A stretch of 20,000 nucleotides of DNA from positions 257,416 through 277,415 of the forward strand of contig BLSG01000377.1 in the NCBI GenBank assembly GCA_012862495.1, read 5' to 3'. This stretch comes from Thraustochytrium aureum (taxonomy: Eukaryota). Both the position numbers and the translations under genes were made by a program. Shown here piece by piece: positions 1 to 9,651 of this stretch. The stretch's first letter is position 1. Each line of letters begins with the position of its first letter. The notes beneath the pieces were generated by a model. The model did not search any database and had not been told where the DNA came from. It saw only the letters and a list, made by a program, of their open reading frames with translations.

Positions 1-107
1 CCAAGAGCTACTCGCCTCGTCACGACCTCTGCAAGGCCAAGCCCTCCTTGAGCTCGGAGTCGGCAAGTCGAGAACGGAAAAACGGGCGAGGCCCGTGAGC
101 AGCCCCG

Positions 108-1900
108 TCACGGCGTCTCGCAGTCGCTGTCGCTCGCAGAGCCGGCTTCGTCGTCTGAAAAGCTATACTTGAACCGCTCTTGGTCGAATCTGATTTGGAC
201 CGACCCGCCGGGCGTAAACTTGCCGAAGGCACCGCCCTCGGAAACCGACGCGCCAGTCGGGCCGCGATGGCCGTGGGTTGTCGTCGGCGTTGACGACTTG
301 GCGAGGTCTTGCGCGACGCGCGTTGGCCCTTTACGCCTCTTGGCAATGCCGGCAATGTAGTAGTCGATCTTGTCGCGATCAACGCGATCGTCGTTGCTCA
401 GCTCTGCGCAGCTCGACTCAGAGCCATGCGCGCTGAGAGTCTCCTCCCTCCCAGACCTCGTGGCGCCACGCCTGCGGCGATTCCTCCCAGCGCTTGCTTC
501 GCCGTCCTGTGCTGCTGGTGTTGGGATTCCGGTGTCAAAGTCAAACCCACCCGGCGCAGGTGCGGCAAGGTGGACCGGGCATTGCCCGTCGGTCTCCTGC
601 GGGCCAGTACTTGCTGAAGCACGGGAGCGGAACGGCGTCGACGTGAAGATGTCGTCTGTGTATGCTCCTTCCGAAGCCGCAAACACATTCCGGACTTGCT
701 TGCGAAACTTGGCCGTGTTGCGGCCCGCTGGTTTGTGCTTGGTGGCTCCAGCGCGCGCCGCGGCGGCCTTGGTGGAGTTTGCGGCGCGCTTGCGCTCTTG
801 CGGGACGAAGACACGGCACCACTGATTGTAGCATTCTTGGGCGGTGCGCGACCCTACCATGGCTGCAACGGATTCCCAAAATCGACTGGGCTTTGCCGTG
901 CAAGTTGCATGGGCTCGCCGCAACCGCCGCAACTCCTCCGCAAGCCAGGGAAGCCCCATGCGTGGCTGGCCGCCTACACCGATCAGCTCAGCGACGTCGC
1001 CCTCGTCCAGCCCGCACCCTTCCTCACCCTCGCCGTCAGGATCGCTTTCAGAGCTTTCGGCATCGTTCAGCCTGGGCCGCCTTGCAGCAGGGACGACCTT
1101 TCTTGGGCTCATTAGCAGCGTTTTCCAGTTGCTCCCCTGCAGGACCATGCGAGCCATCTGCCTTGAGCGTTGAGCTCATCCGCAGCGAAGCGGCCTTTCG
1201 CACCTTGCCTTCCTCGGGTTGGCCTTGCACAGATCCTGCGGGGTTGCTGGAGCTTTGGCAGGCCGCTTTGCTCGCTTGAGATTCATCGGTCAATGCCGTG
1301 GCAGTGCCTTCTGCGACCAACTTTAGCTGCGCGCAGGCGAGGCTTTCACTGTCGCGTGGAGGAGGGTTTGGCGCAGTCCTGGGCGCTTCCTGCAAGTTGT
1401 CGAACACTCGACGAGCCGCACGGGCGTTGCAGCCTTTCGCCGCCCTTGCGATGTTGCTGCCGCCAATGTGGGCGTTCTCCTTTTCTATGTCAACACTTGA
1501 TGCAAAGCCGGTTTCCGGGTCCTCAGCACGAGTCTCCGGCGATTCATTCTTGATGTCGATGCGTAGCGCTCGCTGCCAGTCCTCCGGGAACCCAGACGCG
1601 AAGAGCCGAGCCAAGTGCAATGGCAGGGCGTTCGTGCAGGAGCGGTGCTTGGACTCGTACGGGCCGACGAGGCGATATTGCGTGCCTGAGCCAGTCTCAA
1701 CAAGGCGGCTCGATACGCGTCTTGCTATAACCGAGCTGTGCCAACGCTGTGGCCTGCCATCTTCTGACCCGAGGCCTGCACTGGGTCGCAGCCCCTCCAC
1801 GTAGACCCTCGAGCTTCCCTTGGCCGCCTGCCGAACGAACCAGTGGGACAGGGTCACGGCATCCGTGTGACCGCCCCGGGTCGGCCCTTGTCTCGCGCAT
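108..1900 (-). CDS. KNL2: KNL2 / Mis18-binding protein 1 (SANTA + SANT/Myb + conserved C-terminal motif); reading frame broken twice in this assembly
   Basis: ORF 1048..1857 encodes a SANTA domain (VTLSHWFV...VYVEG...WHSSVIARRVSSRLVETGSGTQYRLVG...FASGFPEDW, ~1560-1857). ORF 108..1175 encodes a SANT domain (WLAEELRRLRRAHATCTAKPSRFWESVAAMVGSRTAQECYNQW) followed by the Mis18BP1-type motifs AGRNTAKFRKQVRNVF...DDIFTSTP and DRDKIDYYI. The two frames overlap at 1048-1175 and need a +1 shift. The nearest upstream ATG (1900) is also one base out of frame, so the start is uncertain. Confidence 0.85.
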
Positions 1901-2267
1901 CGGGCCCACCCGCCCTTGCGCCGCGGCGTCCAGGGCTCTCGCGCTCGACGACCCTGCGCGCTTTCGCTCTCGCGCGACGGCGGTCGCAGCAGCAGGCAGA
2001 CTTCAGGCCGTCAGCGCCGACTGTGTCGCGGGTCTGTCGCGGGATAAACAGGCGCCCATCGGCACCCGCAGGCGCGCGTGGAGAGGAAGAACGGAGCGGA
2101 TTGCGGGGCGATAAATCCCGGCCAAATTCAAAAGGGCTCAACTTACACCGCAAAAACCGCCCGCAACCGTCTGGCTGTCTGTCTCGGAATGCAGAATGCA
2201 GGATGCAGAATGCAGGAGACGGGATGCGGGATGACAGACAGACACTGATCCTTGCCGCTGACGGACG
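1901..2267. promoter_or_regulatory. Short bidirectional promoter region between KNL2 and the divergent ORF
   Basis: Head-to-head genes ~370 bp apart. Contains a CHR-like TTTGAA (minus strand, 2127-2132) next to E2F-like GC boxes (TTTGGCCGGGA, TTGCGGGCGGTTTT). Motif assignment is inference only. Confidence 0.4.
2187..2217 (+). repeat. Heptamer tandem repeat (GRATGCA)x4
   Basis: gaatgca gaatgca ggatgca gaatgca gga read directly, ending ~50 bp upstream of the ATG at 2268. Confidence 0.9.
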
Positions 2268-3659
2268 ATGCTGTGGCTCGTGAGATGGGTGTGGCGAAAG
2301 CTCAGGAGTTGGCTCGGGCTATGCAGCCCTGGCCGTCTTGGGCCCCAAGGCGGCGAACTGGAGAGCGCTGCCGCTGACGCACTCGTTGCTCCAGACCTCG
2401 AAACTGGTCTTGACGCAGGCGAGTCCTCACCGCTCACACCAGCTCGCCAGCCACGGGATGACCTCGGCGATGCCACGCCTGCCTCGTGTATCGCGCTGGC
2501 TGGATCGCCGCCCGCTCTACCTTGCGAGCTGCTCGTCGAGGACGACGTCGAGGTCGACGTGGAGGCGGAGGAGGGTGCTCAAGCTTGGGAATCCGGCAGC
2601 GTCGAAGCTGAGCCTGACGGTGGCACGGAGGAAGAAGTGCTTGCATTCCCGCCCGCTCCACCCTCACCACAGACGAGCACGCAGACGAACCTTGGCTGGC
2701 AAGGATTAATCAATTCGAGCTCGCCAACCAAAGGTGCCTCCTCTCACGCGGCTCCGGGAGAGGCCGCGGGCTCAATCACTTGCGACGACACAGGCATCCT
2801 TTCGATAGGCGAGAGCGGTGACTCCCGCCAACCCCCGACCTTGGCGCCCGCGTTCGACGCTGCGGGTTCCACTGAGGCGCGGCTGATTTCTGGCGATGAA
2901 GCGGTTGTTTCGCCAGAAGAATGCACCTTGTCAAGGCGCCTCACTCAGGTGGAAGCGGGGCTCGAAGAACCGCAAAGCGCAGAAAGCAGCGATGAGTTGG
3001 CGACCGATGGTGTGGTCGAGTGCGGCTCTGGCAATGGAGACCACTCGGCTGACCGTTCACAGCACTCCTCAGATTCCCTTGGCAAAGTCCCCTACGTCGG
3101 GGCGCCCATCGAGCAGCCTTCTCCGCTTGCAGCAAGCAAACGGGCTCAAGCGCACAGCGACTGTGACTTGCTGCCTGAGTCCCCATTTACATCCGGGAGG
3201 CCCATTGCGATGAGTTCGAGCCCAGCCACCCCTCTGCAATGCAACCGACGCGCTGGTGTCGTCGCCGCAGAGCACGAATTGGCAACCCCCGTTGCGGCGA
3301 CTCCAACACGAGCGGCAGTCCAACCGACCACAACGCAGCCCCTTGCGGCTGGCCCGCAAGAGTCCACGCCGCAGCCCGAGCCAGCAGAGCCATTTCAATT
3401 TGGTGTTGGGCCAACACCGCGTGACCCAAGGTTTCGACGGCTTCACAATCCCGACGAAGCTGTGCTCGTCCAGAATCGCACCTTTTCCTCGCGCTTAAAT
3501 AGCGCGCTCAAGCGGGACGAAGTGCGCAGCAAGTTTAAGGGCGGGGTTTCGCCCATCAAGCTATCGCAGCAAACTGATGAGTCCGAAGACCATCTGGAAG
3601 CCCCGCCCGGCGCAACTGAAAAAGAGAACGCTACACCAGTCACACTCGCCCCGCGATGA
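2268..3659 (+). CDS. Hypothetical 463-aa largely disordered protein (acidic/Ser/Pro-rich; Trp/Arg amphipathic N-terminus; many SP/TP sites; C-terminal KEN box)
   Basis: Single long ATG-initiated ORF. N-terminus MLWLVRWVWRKLRSWLG, more ordered segment PFQFGVGPTPRDPRFRRL...RLNSALKRDEVRSKF, and EKENATP near the C-terminus. No family recognised. Confidence 0.7.
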   Translation: MLWLVRWVWRKLRSWLGLCSPGRLGPQGGELESAAADALVAPDLETGLDAGESSPLTPARQPRDDLGDATPASCIALAGSPPALPCELLVEDDVEVDVEAEEGAQAWESGSVEAEPDGGTEEEVLAFPPAPPSPQTSTQTNLGWQGLINSSSPTKGASSHAAPGEAAGSITCDDTGILSIGESGDSRQPPTLAPAFDAAGSTEARLISGDEAVVSPEECTLSRRLTQVEAGLEEPQSAESSDELATDGVVECGSGNGDHSADRSQHSSDSLGKVPYVGAPIEQPSPLAASKRAQAHSDCDLLPESPFTSGRPIAMSSSPATPLQCNRRAGVVAAEHELATPVAATPTRAAVQPTTTQPLAAGPQESTPQPEPAEPFQFGVGPTPRDPRFRRLHNPDEAVLVQNRTFSSRLNSALKRDEVRSKFKGGVSPIKLSQQTDESEDHLEAPPGATEKENATPVTLAPR

Positions 3660-3821
3660 GGAATTGAGCGCTCTTGTCGCGCACCGCGCCATGTTCGGCG
3701 TGGCAAATCGGCGCTTGGCAAGTGAATGCAGGACCAAATTTGTGGAAGCCTGGGGCTTGCGCGAAATACTCAATAACGATTCGTACAGCATTTGCATTTC
3801 ATTTCCGGTCCTTGCGCTACC

Positions 3822-4109
3822 NNNNNNNNNNNNNNNNNNNNNNNNNNNNNNNNNNNNNNNNNNNNNNNNNNNNNNNNNNNNNNNNNNNNNNNNNNNNNNN
3901 NNNNNNNNNNNNNNNNNNNNNNNNNNNNNNNNNNNNNNNNNNNNNNNNNNNNNNNNNNNNNNNNNNNNNNNNNNNNNNNNNNNNNNNNNNNNNNNNNNNN
4001 NNNNNNNNNNNNNNNNNNNNNNNNNNNNNNNNNNNNNNNNNNNNNNNNNNNNNNNNNNNNNNNNNNNNNNNNNNNNNNNNNNNNNNNNNNNNNNNNNNNN
4101 NNNNNNNNN
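3822..4109. other. Assembly gap (N run)
   Basis: N bases. Confidence 1.
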
Positions 4110-4237
4110 TAAGGAACCTTTACCTTGAGCTCCGAATGAACGAACGCTCAACGCCGAGGGGCGTAGCTGCATGTTTCGAGCAGAAGTCCCCGTCGTGGCC
4201 GGCCCAGGTCGGCAAGGCAAGCTATGCGCAGCTACTG

Positions 4238-5342
4238 CTAGAGGTAATCAGCTCGATACACTGAATCGGCATCCGTGTTCATGACCACTGCAACGAAAAA
4301 GGTCAACCATACTTGGAAGCTTGACAAGACGAAAACGATTGCTGCCATGACAGTGATGTCGCTGAGAAGATGAACGACGTCAGGTGGCACAGTGGAGCCT
4401 GCTATCTCAAGCTTCACAGACCCTGACTGGATCAAGACCACCAGAGCGCAAGCAACAGTGAATGCTTGGCACAGGACCTCGATAAAGAGATACCACTTTA
4501 GCGCAGAGTAAGAGTGGCGTTTTCCACCTGCGATCCCGAGGCTGGCGGCAGCAGCTGCGATTGCTGACGCGACGATTGTCCCCAAAAGAGCCCATCCAAG
4601 CGACGGGATGAGCACGAGGGGGGTCTCCCCTTTCTTGGGCAAGTATTGGATCTCGTAGAATGCCACGGTGAGCCCCAAGTTGGTGAGCGCAAACACAAGG
4701 ACGAGGGCAGACGACCAGACTACAAAGCTGCTAGCGAACCCTGCCCCGCACCATGCCAGGTTTTTCTCGTAGATAGACTTGCCGAAAGGGTCTATGCACA
4801 GCAGGCACAGGATTACGAGCGCCAAGACCAGACCAGCCACGCAGCAGCTGAGAACTGCGAGTGTGATCTCGCCAAACGAGGACGTCACGAGAGCGTCGAC
4901 CCTTACGAGCTGAGTAACGAGAACGAGCATGCCAATGATTTCGAGGAAAAAACAGGTGATGCTCACTGCGGCCCACCAGCAAGAAAGGGAGGAGGTACAG
5001 TCAGCACGAGCAAAATCCAACGCTACCGTGCATGGCTGCAAGCTGGCTCGAGGGAGGGCGGGATGACTTACAAATCATGAAAGCAAAGATTGGGCCTCGA
5101 AGTCGGAACCTGACGCCGTACAGACCAACGAACGACGACACGAAGATGGCAAGCGCGAACGCGAGAACTGCAGCGTACGCTGGGACGCTTGCTGGAACTA
5201 CGCCCCCGCCTCCTTTGCCTTTTATGGTTGATTCAACAGCAGTCGCCCAGACGAAGGCGGCCATGCCAAGAGTCGCAAGTGAAAGGGCCCCAATTATGGC
5301 GATGCTCCACCTGAGCGTCTTGAACAAGCAGCGGACCCGCAT
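4238..5342 (-). CDS. 8-TM membrane protein made of two tetraspanin-like 4-TM repeats; exons 5072..5342 and 4238..4965 (332 aa; may extend into the upstream gap)
   Basis: Intron 4966..5071 (GTAAGT, branch CTGAC at 5004-5000, CAG) joins two hydrophobic ORFs in frame (FMI-L-SITCFF). Each half has a tetraspanin-like TM2-loop-TM3 signature (SSFVGLYGVRFRLRGPIFAF; ASLGIAGGKRHSYSALKWYLF). Confidence 0.75.
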
Positions 5343-5380
5343 CTTTCTTGCTGCCCTGGCTTGACCAGATGACCGCCCGT

Positions 5381-5908
5381 NNNNNNNNNNNNNNNNNNNN
5401 NNNNNNNNNNNNNNNNNNNNNNNNNNNNNNNNNNNNNNNNNNNNNNNNNNNNNNNNNNNNNNNNNNNNNNNNNNNNNNNNNNNNNNNNNNNNNNNNNNNN
5501 NNNNNNNNNNNNNNNNNNNNNNNNNNNNNNNNNNNNNNNNNNNNNNNNNNNNNNNNNNNNNNNNNNNNNNNNNNNNNNNNNNNNNNNNNNNNNNNNNNNN
5601 NNNNNNNNNNNNNNNNNNNNNNNNNNNNNNNNNNNNNNNNNNNNNNNNNNNNNNNNNNNNNNNNNNNNNNNNNNNNNNNNNNNNNNNNNNNNNNNNNNNN
5701 NNNNNNNNNNNNNNNNNNNNNNNNNNNNNNNNNNNNNNNNNNNNNNNNNNNNNNNNNNNNNNNNNNNNNNNNNNNNNNNNNNNNNNNNNNNNNNNNNNNN
5801 NNNNNNNNNNNNNNNNNNNNNNNNNNNNNNNNNNNNNNNNNNNNNNNNNNNNNNNNNNNNNNNNNNNNNNNNNNNNNNNNNNNNNNNNNNNNNNNNNNNN
5901 NNNNNNNN
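5381..5908. other. Assembly gap (N run)
   Basis: N bases. Confidence 1.
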
Positions 5909-6057
5909 TCAGTTGAGCATCACAGATAGGAGCACCCAGTCTACCGTGAGTACCTTGGCAGAAAGCAGAGGGAGGTTGCGCTTTAGTTACAAATTGTCTG
6001 TTTCGACCCGAGCTCGATCGAGCTTGATCAGCAAGGCTTGCTCAGCAGCTGGCTCGC

Positions 6058-9000
6058 TCACCAGTCGAGCTGTGCTGCACTTGTTATCTCCGCAAGAGGC
6101 GCGGGAGCACTAGTAGCGCAATCTTTTGTCACTCGCAAAGAGCGCGTGTCCAGCACCTTGTCAAGCGTCTCTGTCGGGGGCAGCTTCGCGTAGACAACTC
6201 CTTCTTCAACCCGCGTTTCAAAAACGAGGATCTCAAGCCCAGAGTCATCCAATGCCTTGCCAGTTACGAGGCTGTATGGAACCTTGTGAAGCGGCTCGAG
6301 CACGCACGGCGTGTCGTTCTTCGTCTCTTCGAGGATACCGCGCGCCAGGAGGAACGAGTTCTTGTTTGGGCACATGTTTTGCGTCGTGTACCAGGCCCCT
6401 CGCGAGGAAAAGTTGAAAACGGCGAGCTGGCAGCGACCATACTTGACAGCGCCGCCACTGTTGGTTGGGATCTCCGTGACCTTTGCCACTGGCCGCCAGG
6501 AGCACTGTCCGGCGATATGTGCCGCGACTTGAGAGACGGTTGTGGCGCGGCTGGACGCCGACCTTGGTGACGACGGCACGCTGCCTGCGCCCCCGCTCTC
6601 TTTTGTTTCCTCGGATGCCACGTCAAAGTCGACAGAGGCCTCCTCAAGGGCAATCTCGAGGCGCGGCAAGGCGCGGGGGTCACGGGGCCAGTCCGCGGGG
6701 CGGAGCTGGTCGCGCTCGGAGATAAACTCGATACCAAGCGTCTCGTCCTCATCCGCTGGCGCTCCATCTGCGAACGGACGAAAGAGTTTTTGCAGCTCGG
6801 GGCTGTCCACGACGGCTTTCCACTCGCACTGGTACGACTCGACGAGAAAGTCGATTTGAGCCTCGAGATCCGCGCAGATACCGAGTTTGTCGTCAATAAT
6901 CACGCTGCGCAGATACTCGATCCCTCCGTCGAGGCTCTCGAGCCAGTGGGCCGTGCGCTGCAGTCGGTCAGCAGTCTCGCAGTAAAACATGATGAAGCGG
7001 TCGAGGTACTTGACTGCGAGGTCCTCGGGGACGTCCGAAGCAAGGCGCGTGGCAAGGCGAGGCCTTGTGCCGCCGTTGCCTCCGACGTAGATGTTGTACC
7101 CATTCTCTGTCCCGATGAGAGAAAAGTCTTTGCTGCTCGCCTCCGCGCAGTCCCGCGCACAGGCCGAGACCGCTCCCTTGAGCTTGTGCGGTGACCGGAT
7201 CCCTTTGTACCGGTTCTCGAGGCGGATCGCCATGGCGGTGGTGTTTTGGACCCCGTACCGGCAGAAAGTCTGGCCCACGCAAGACTTGACCGTGCGCAGC
7301 GACTTGCCATAGGCATGCCCCGACTCAAAGCCGGCGTCGATGAGCTGGCGCCAGATCTCCGGGAGATCTTCGATTTTGGCGCCGAACATGTCGATGCGCT
7401 GGCCGCCCGTGATTTTGGTGTACAGCGAAAAGTCCTGCGCAATGCGACCAATAACGATGAGACCCTCTGGGGTCACCTCACCCCCGGGGATGCGCGGCAC
7501 CACGCTATAGGTGCCTCCGCGCTGGATGTTGGCCAGGTAGCGGTCATTTGTGTCTTGGAGCCCGAAGAGCTCAGGTTTCATGACGTGCTCGTTCCAGAGG
7601 GTCGCCAGGATGCTGGCAACTGCAGGCTTGCAGACCCCGCAGCCGGCGGGAGGCGAGTCGGGCGAGCCGACAGCCTCGAAGAGAGCCTCGAAGCTGCGCA
7701 GCCTTTTGACCTTGGTGACGTGATAAAGTTCTGCTCGCGAAAAGGCAAAGTGCGCGCAGACATGATTGTTGACGGTGACTCCCGCCTTGGCGAGCTCGGC
7801 ATCAAGTATTTGCTTCACGAGAGGCTTGCAGCCACCACAGCCGGCTCCCGCCCCGGTGCACTTGATGACCTTGTCAAGCGTGTTGCAGCCCCCTTCTGTG
7901 AAGGAGCGCGAGATCTCCCCTTTCGAGACGTCGTTGCAAGAACAAACCTGCGCGTCGTCGGGGATGTCGCCCGCGCCCTGTCCACTTGGACCGCCGCGGG
8001 CCGACGGCGGAACGACGAGCTCGTGCGGAGCCAGCTTGAGCTGGCTGCTGGACTTTGCGAGCATGCAGAGCTGCGCGTAGTCCGAGGCGTCGCCCACAAG
8101 CATCCCTCCCTCAAGTCGCTTGCCGTCCGACGAGAAGACGAGCTTGCGATACACGCCGTTGAACGGGTCGTGGTATTTGATCGCCCTCGTGGCTCTCGCG
8201 GCGAGCGGTTTGCGCTCCTCGTCTTCGGTCTCGCTTCCGGCTTGGTATTGCCCAAAGCTTGCCACATCAACGCCGACAAGCTTTAGCTTGGTGTTCATGT
8301 CGCCTTCAACAAAGGTCTTGTCTGTTTGCGCGGCGTGCAGGCCATGCGAGCGGCACAGGTTGTGAGCCAAAACGTCAGCCATCTCGTACCCAGGTGCGAC
8401 GATCCCGTAGCAAATTCCTCGGTGAAGCGCCACCTCGCCGATTGCAAACACGTCCGGGCAGGTGGTACGCAAGTGGTCGTCGACAAGAATCCCCCCGCGC
8501 TCGTGGACCTCGATGGAGTCGACGCACCGAACGAGTTCGTCTCGCGGGCGGATGCCAGTCGCGATGAGAACGAGCTCCACTGGGAGTGTGAGCATGGCGC
8601 ATGTGCCGAGGACCTCATCACGCTCCTGCAGCTCGAGCGCGTTCACGTGCCCTGAGTCGTCGGCGCGGATGTTTCGCGTCGAGCAGCCCACCAGCACTTG
8701 GCTGCCCAACTCTCGAATCTTTTCGCTGAGGATCGCGCCGCCGGTGGCATCAAGCTGGCGGCCCATCAGGTAAGCGTTGTGGTCGATCACGGTGGCCTCG
8801 ACGCCCATGTCCCGGCACGCCATCGTGGCTTCCAGCCCGAGCAGGCCCCCGCCAATCACGGCGGCGCGCTTGACGTTGCGGGACTTGATGAACGCTGTCA
8901 TCGACTCGAGGTCCGCGATTGTGCGGTAGACGAAGACGCCTGTGCTCTCCTTGCCAGGGATTGGCGGGCACCATGCGTACGAACCAGTGGCGAGCACAAG

Positions 9001-9309
9001 GCGCGAGTATGGCAGCTCCAACCCAGAGGCTGTAGTCACGCACTTGTCGTCGGTGTTAATCTTCATGACGAGGTCGTTTTCCACAACGCGAATGCCGTTC
9101 TCCGCATACCAGTCGTGCTCTCTGATGAGCATTTTCCCGCTCTCAAAGTGCTCCAGGTACGAGGTGAGGCGAACGCGATCGTAGGCGTGGTATGGTTCAT
9201 CACCGATGATTGCAATCTGTCCCGTCCAACCGTACGCGCGAGCTTTCTCGACGAAGCGTTGGCCAACCATTCCGTGGCCGACAACGACAATGCTGTCGCT
9301 GCTCGCCAT
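6058..9309 (-). CDS. niiA: Assimilatory NAD(P)H nitrite reductase, eukaryotic NirB-NirD fusion (1083 aa, intronless)
   Basis: FAD motif VVVGHGMVG, NAD(P)H motif VIGGGLLGLE, BFD-like 2Fe-2S motifs (VCSCNDV...GCGGCKP; VCAHF...GCGVCKP), LQDTNDRYLANIQRGGTYSVVPRIPGG, siroheme/4Fe-4S ligands VKSCVGQTFCRYG and SACARDCAEA, C-terminal NirD/Rieske-like domain ending in LDW. Confidence 0.97.
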   Translation of the reverse strand: MASSDSIVVVGHGMVGQRFVEKARAYGWTGQIAIIGDEPYHAYDRVRLTSYLEHFESGKMLIREHDWYAENGIRVVENDLVMKINTDDKCVTTASGLELPYSRLVLATGSYAWCPPIPGKESTGVFVYRTIADLESMTAFIKSRNVKRAAVIGGGLLGLEATMACRDMGVEATVIDHNAYLMGRQLDATGGAILSEKIRELGSQVLVGCSTRNIRADDSGHVNALELQERDEVLGTCAMLTLPVELVLIATGIRPRDELVRCVDSIEVHERGGILVDDHLRTTCPDVFAIGEVALHRGICYGIVAPGYEMADVLAHNLCRSHGLHAAQTDKTFVEGDMNTKLKLVGVDVASFGQYQAGSETEDEERKPLAARATRAIKYHDPFNGVYRKLVFSSDGKRLEGGMLVGDASDYAQLCMLAKSSSQLKLAPHELVVPPSARGGPSGQGAGDIPDDAQVCSCNDVSKGEISRSFTEGGCNTLDKVIKCTGAGAGCGGCKPLVKQILDAELAKAGVTVNNHVCAHFAFSRAELYHVTKVKRLRSFEALFEAVGSPDSPPAGCGVCKPAVASILATLWNEHVMKPELFGLQDTNDRYLANIQRGGTYSVVPRIPGGEVTPEGLIVIGRIAQDFSLYTKITGGQRIDMFGAKIEDLPEIWRQLIDAGFESGHAYGKSLRTVKSCVGQTFCRYGVQNTTAMAIRLENRYKGIRSPHKLKGAVSACARDCAEASSKDFSLIGTENGYNIYVGGNGGTRPRLATRLASDVPEDLAVKYLDRFIMFYCETADRLQRTAHWLESLDGGIEYLRSVIIDDKLGICADLEAQIDFLVESYQCEWKAVVDSPELQKLFRPFADGAPADEDETLGIEFISERDQLRPADWPRDPRALPRLEIALEEASVDFDVASEETKESGGAGSVPSSPRSASSRATTVSQVAAHIAGQCSWRPVAKVTEIPTNSGGAVKYGRCQLAVFNFSSRGAWYTTQNMCPNKNSFLLARGILEETKNDTPCVLEPLHKVPYSLVTGKALDDSGLEILVFETRVEEGVVYAKLPPTETLDKVLDTRSLRVTKDCATSAPAPLAEITSAAQLDW

Positions 9310-9605
9310 CTTTCGCGGCTGCTTGCCCCGCCGCCTCGCTGTGGGCTTGGTTCTCGCTCGACCGAGGAGGTGCTGATGAATGAAAGACTAGACTCGTTGC
9401 GGCCTTCTTCCTGTTTGGGGTCTGCTCGCTTGGTTGGCGTGGGGCGTGGCCTGTCGAGGCAGCTTCTTGTTGCGTTGGTGTGGTGGTGGGCCACGTCGCG
9501 GCATGCGGGATCCTCCTCTTGCGAGACCATGCATTGACACGTCAAAGTACTGCTGCAGGGCTGATGATACCTGCAGCTGATGAGACACGGTGGTGAGCAC
9601 TTGAA

Positions 9606-9651
9606 TGTGACCCGTGGAGGAGCAAGGGTGTGACCCGTGGAGGAGCAAAGG
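9606..9651. repeat. 23-bp direct tandem duplication upstream of the nitrite reductase
   Basis: tgtgacccgtggaggagcaaggg (9606-9628) and tgtgacccgtggaggagcaaagg (9629-9651), one mismatch. Confidence 0.9.

Noticed and set aside
1137..1203. Short GTGCGA...CAG intron (1203-1158, 46 nt, or 1203-1137, 67 nt) that would restore the KNL2 frame
   Set aside because: Frame-compatible and not excluded, but the donor and branch site do not match the GTAAGT/CTRAC pattern and it is shorter than all five confident introns. Not called as a feature.
3577..3821. +1 frame staying open past the stop of the 463-aa ORF (RDEELSALVAHRAMFG...)
   Set aside because: No recognisable homology; open frames are common at this GC content, and the ORF already ends plausibly after a KEN box.
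6058..9309. Bacterial contamination suggested by an intronless nirB-like gene
   Set aside because: NirB-NirD fusion with fungal/stramenopile-type features, on a scaffold of spliced eukaryotic genes, with no operon structure.
7246..9537. Long plus-strand ORFs antisense to the nitrite reductase, and similar shadow ORFs opposite other genes
   Set aside because: Expected by-product of GC-rich codon usage; no motifs.
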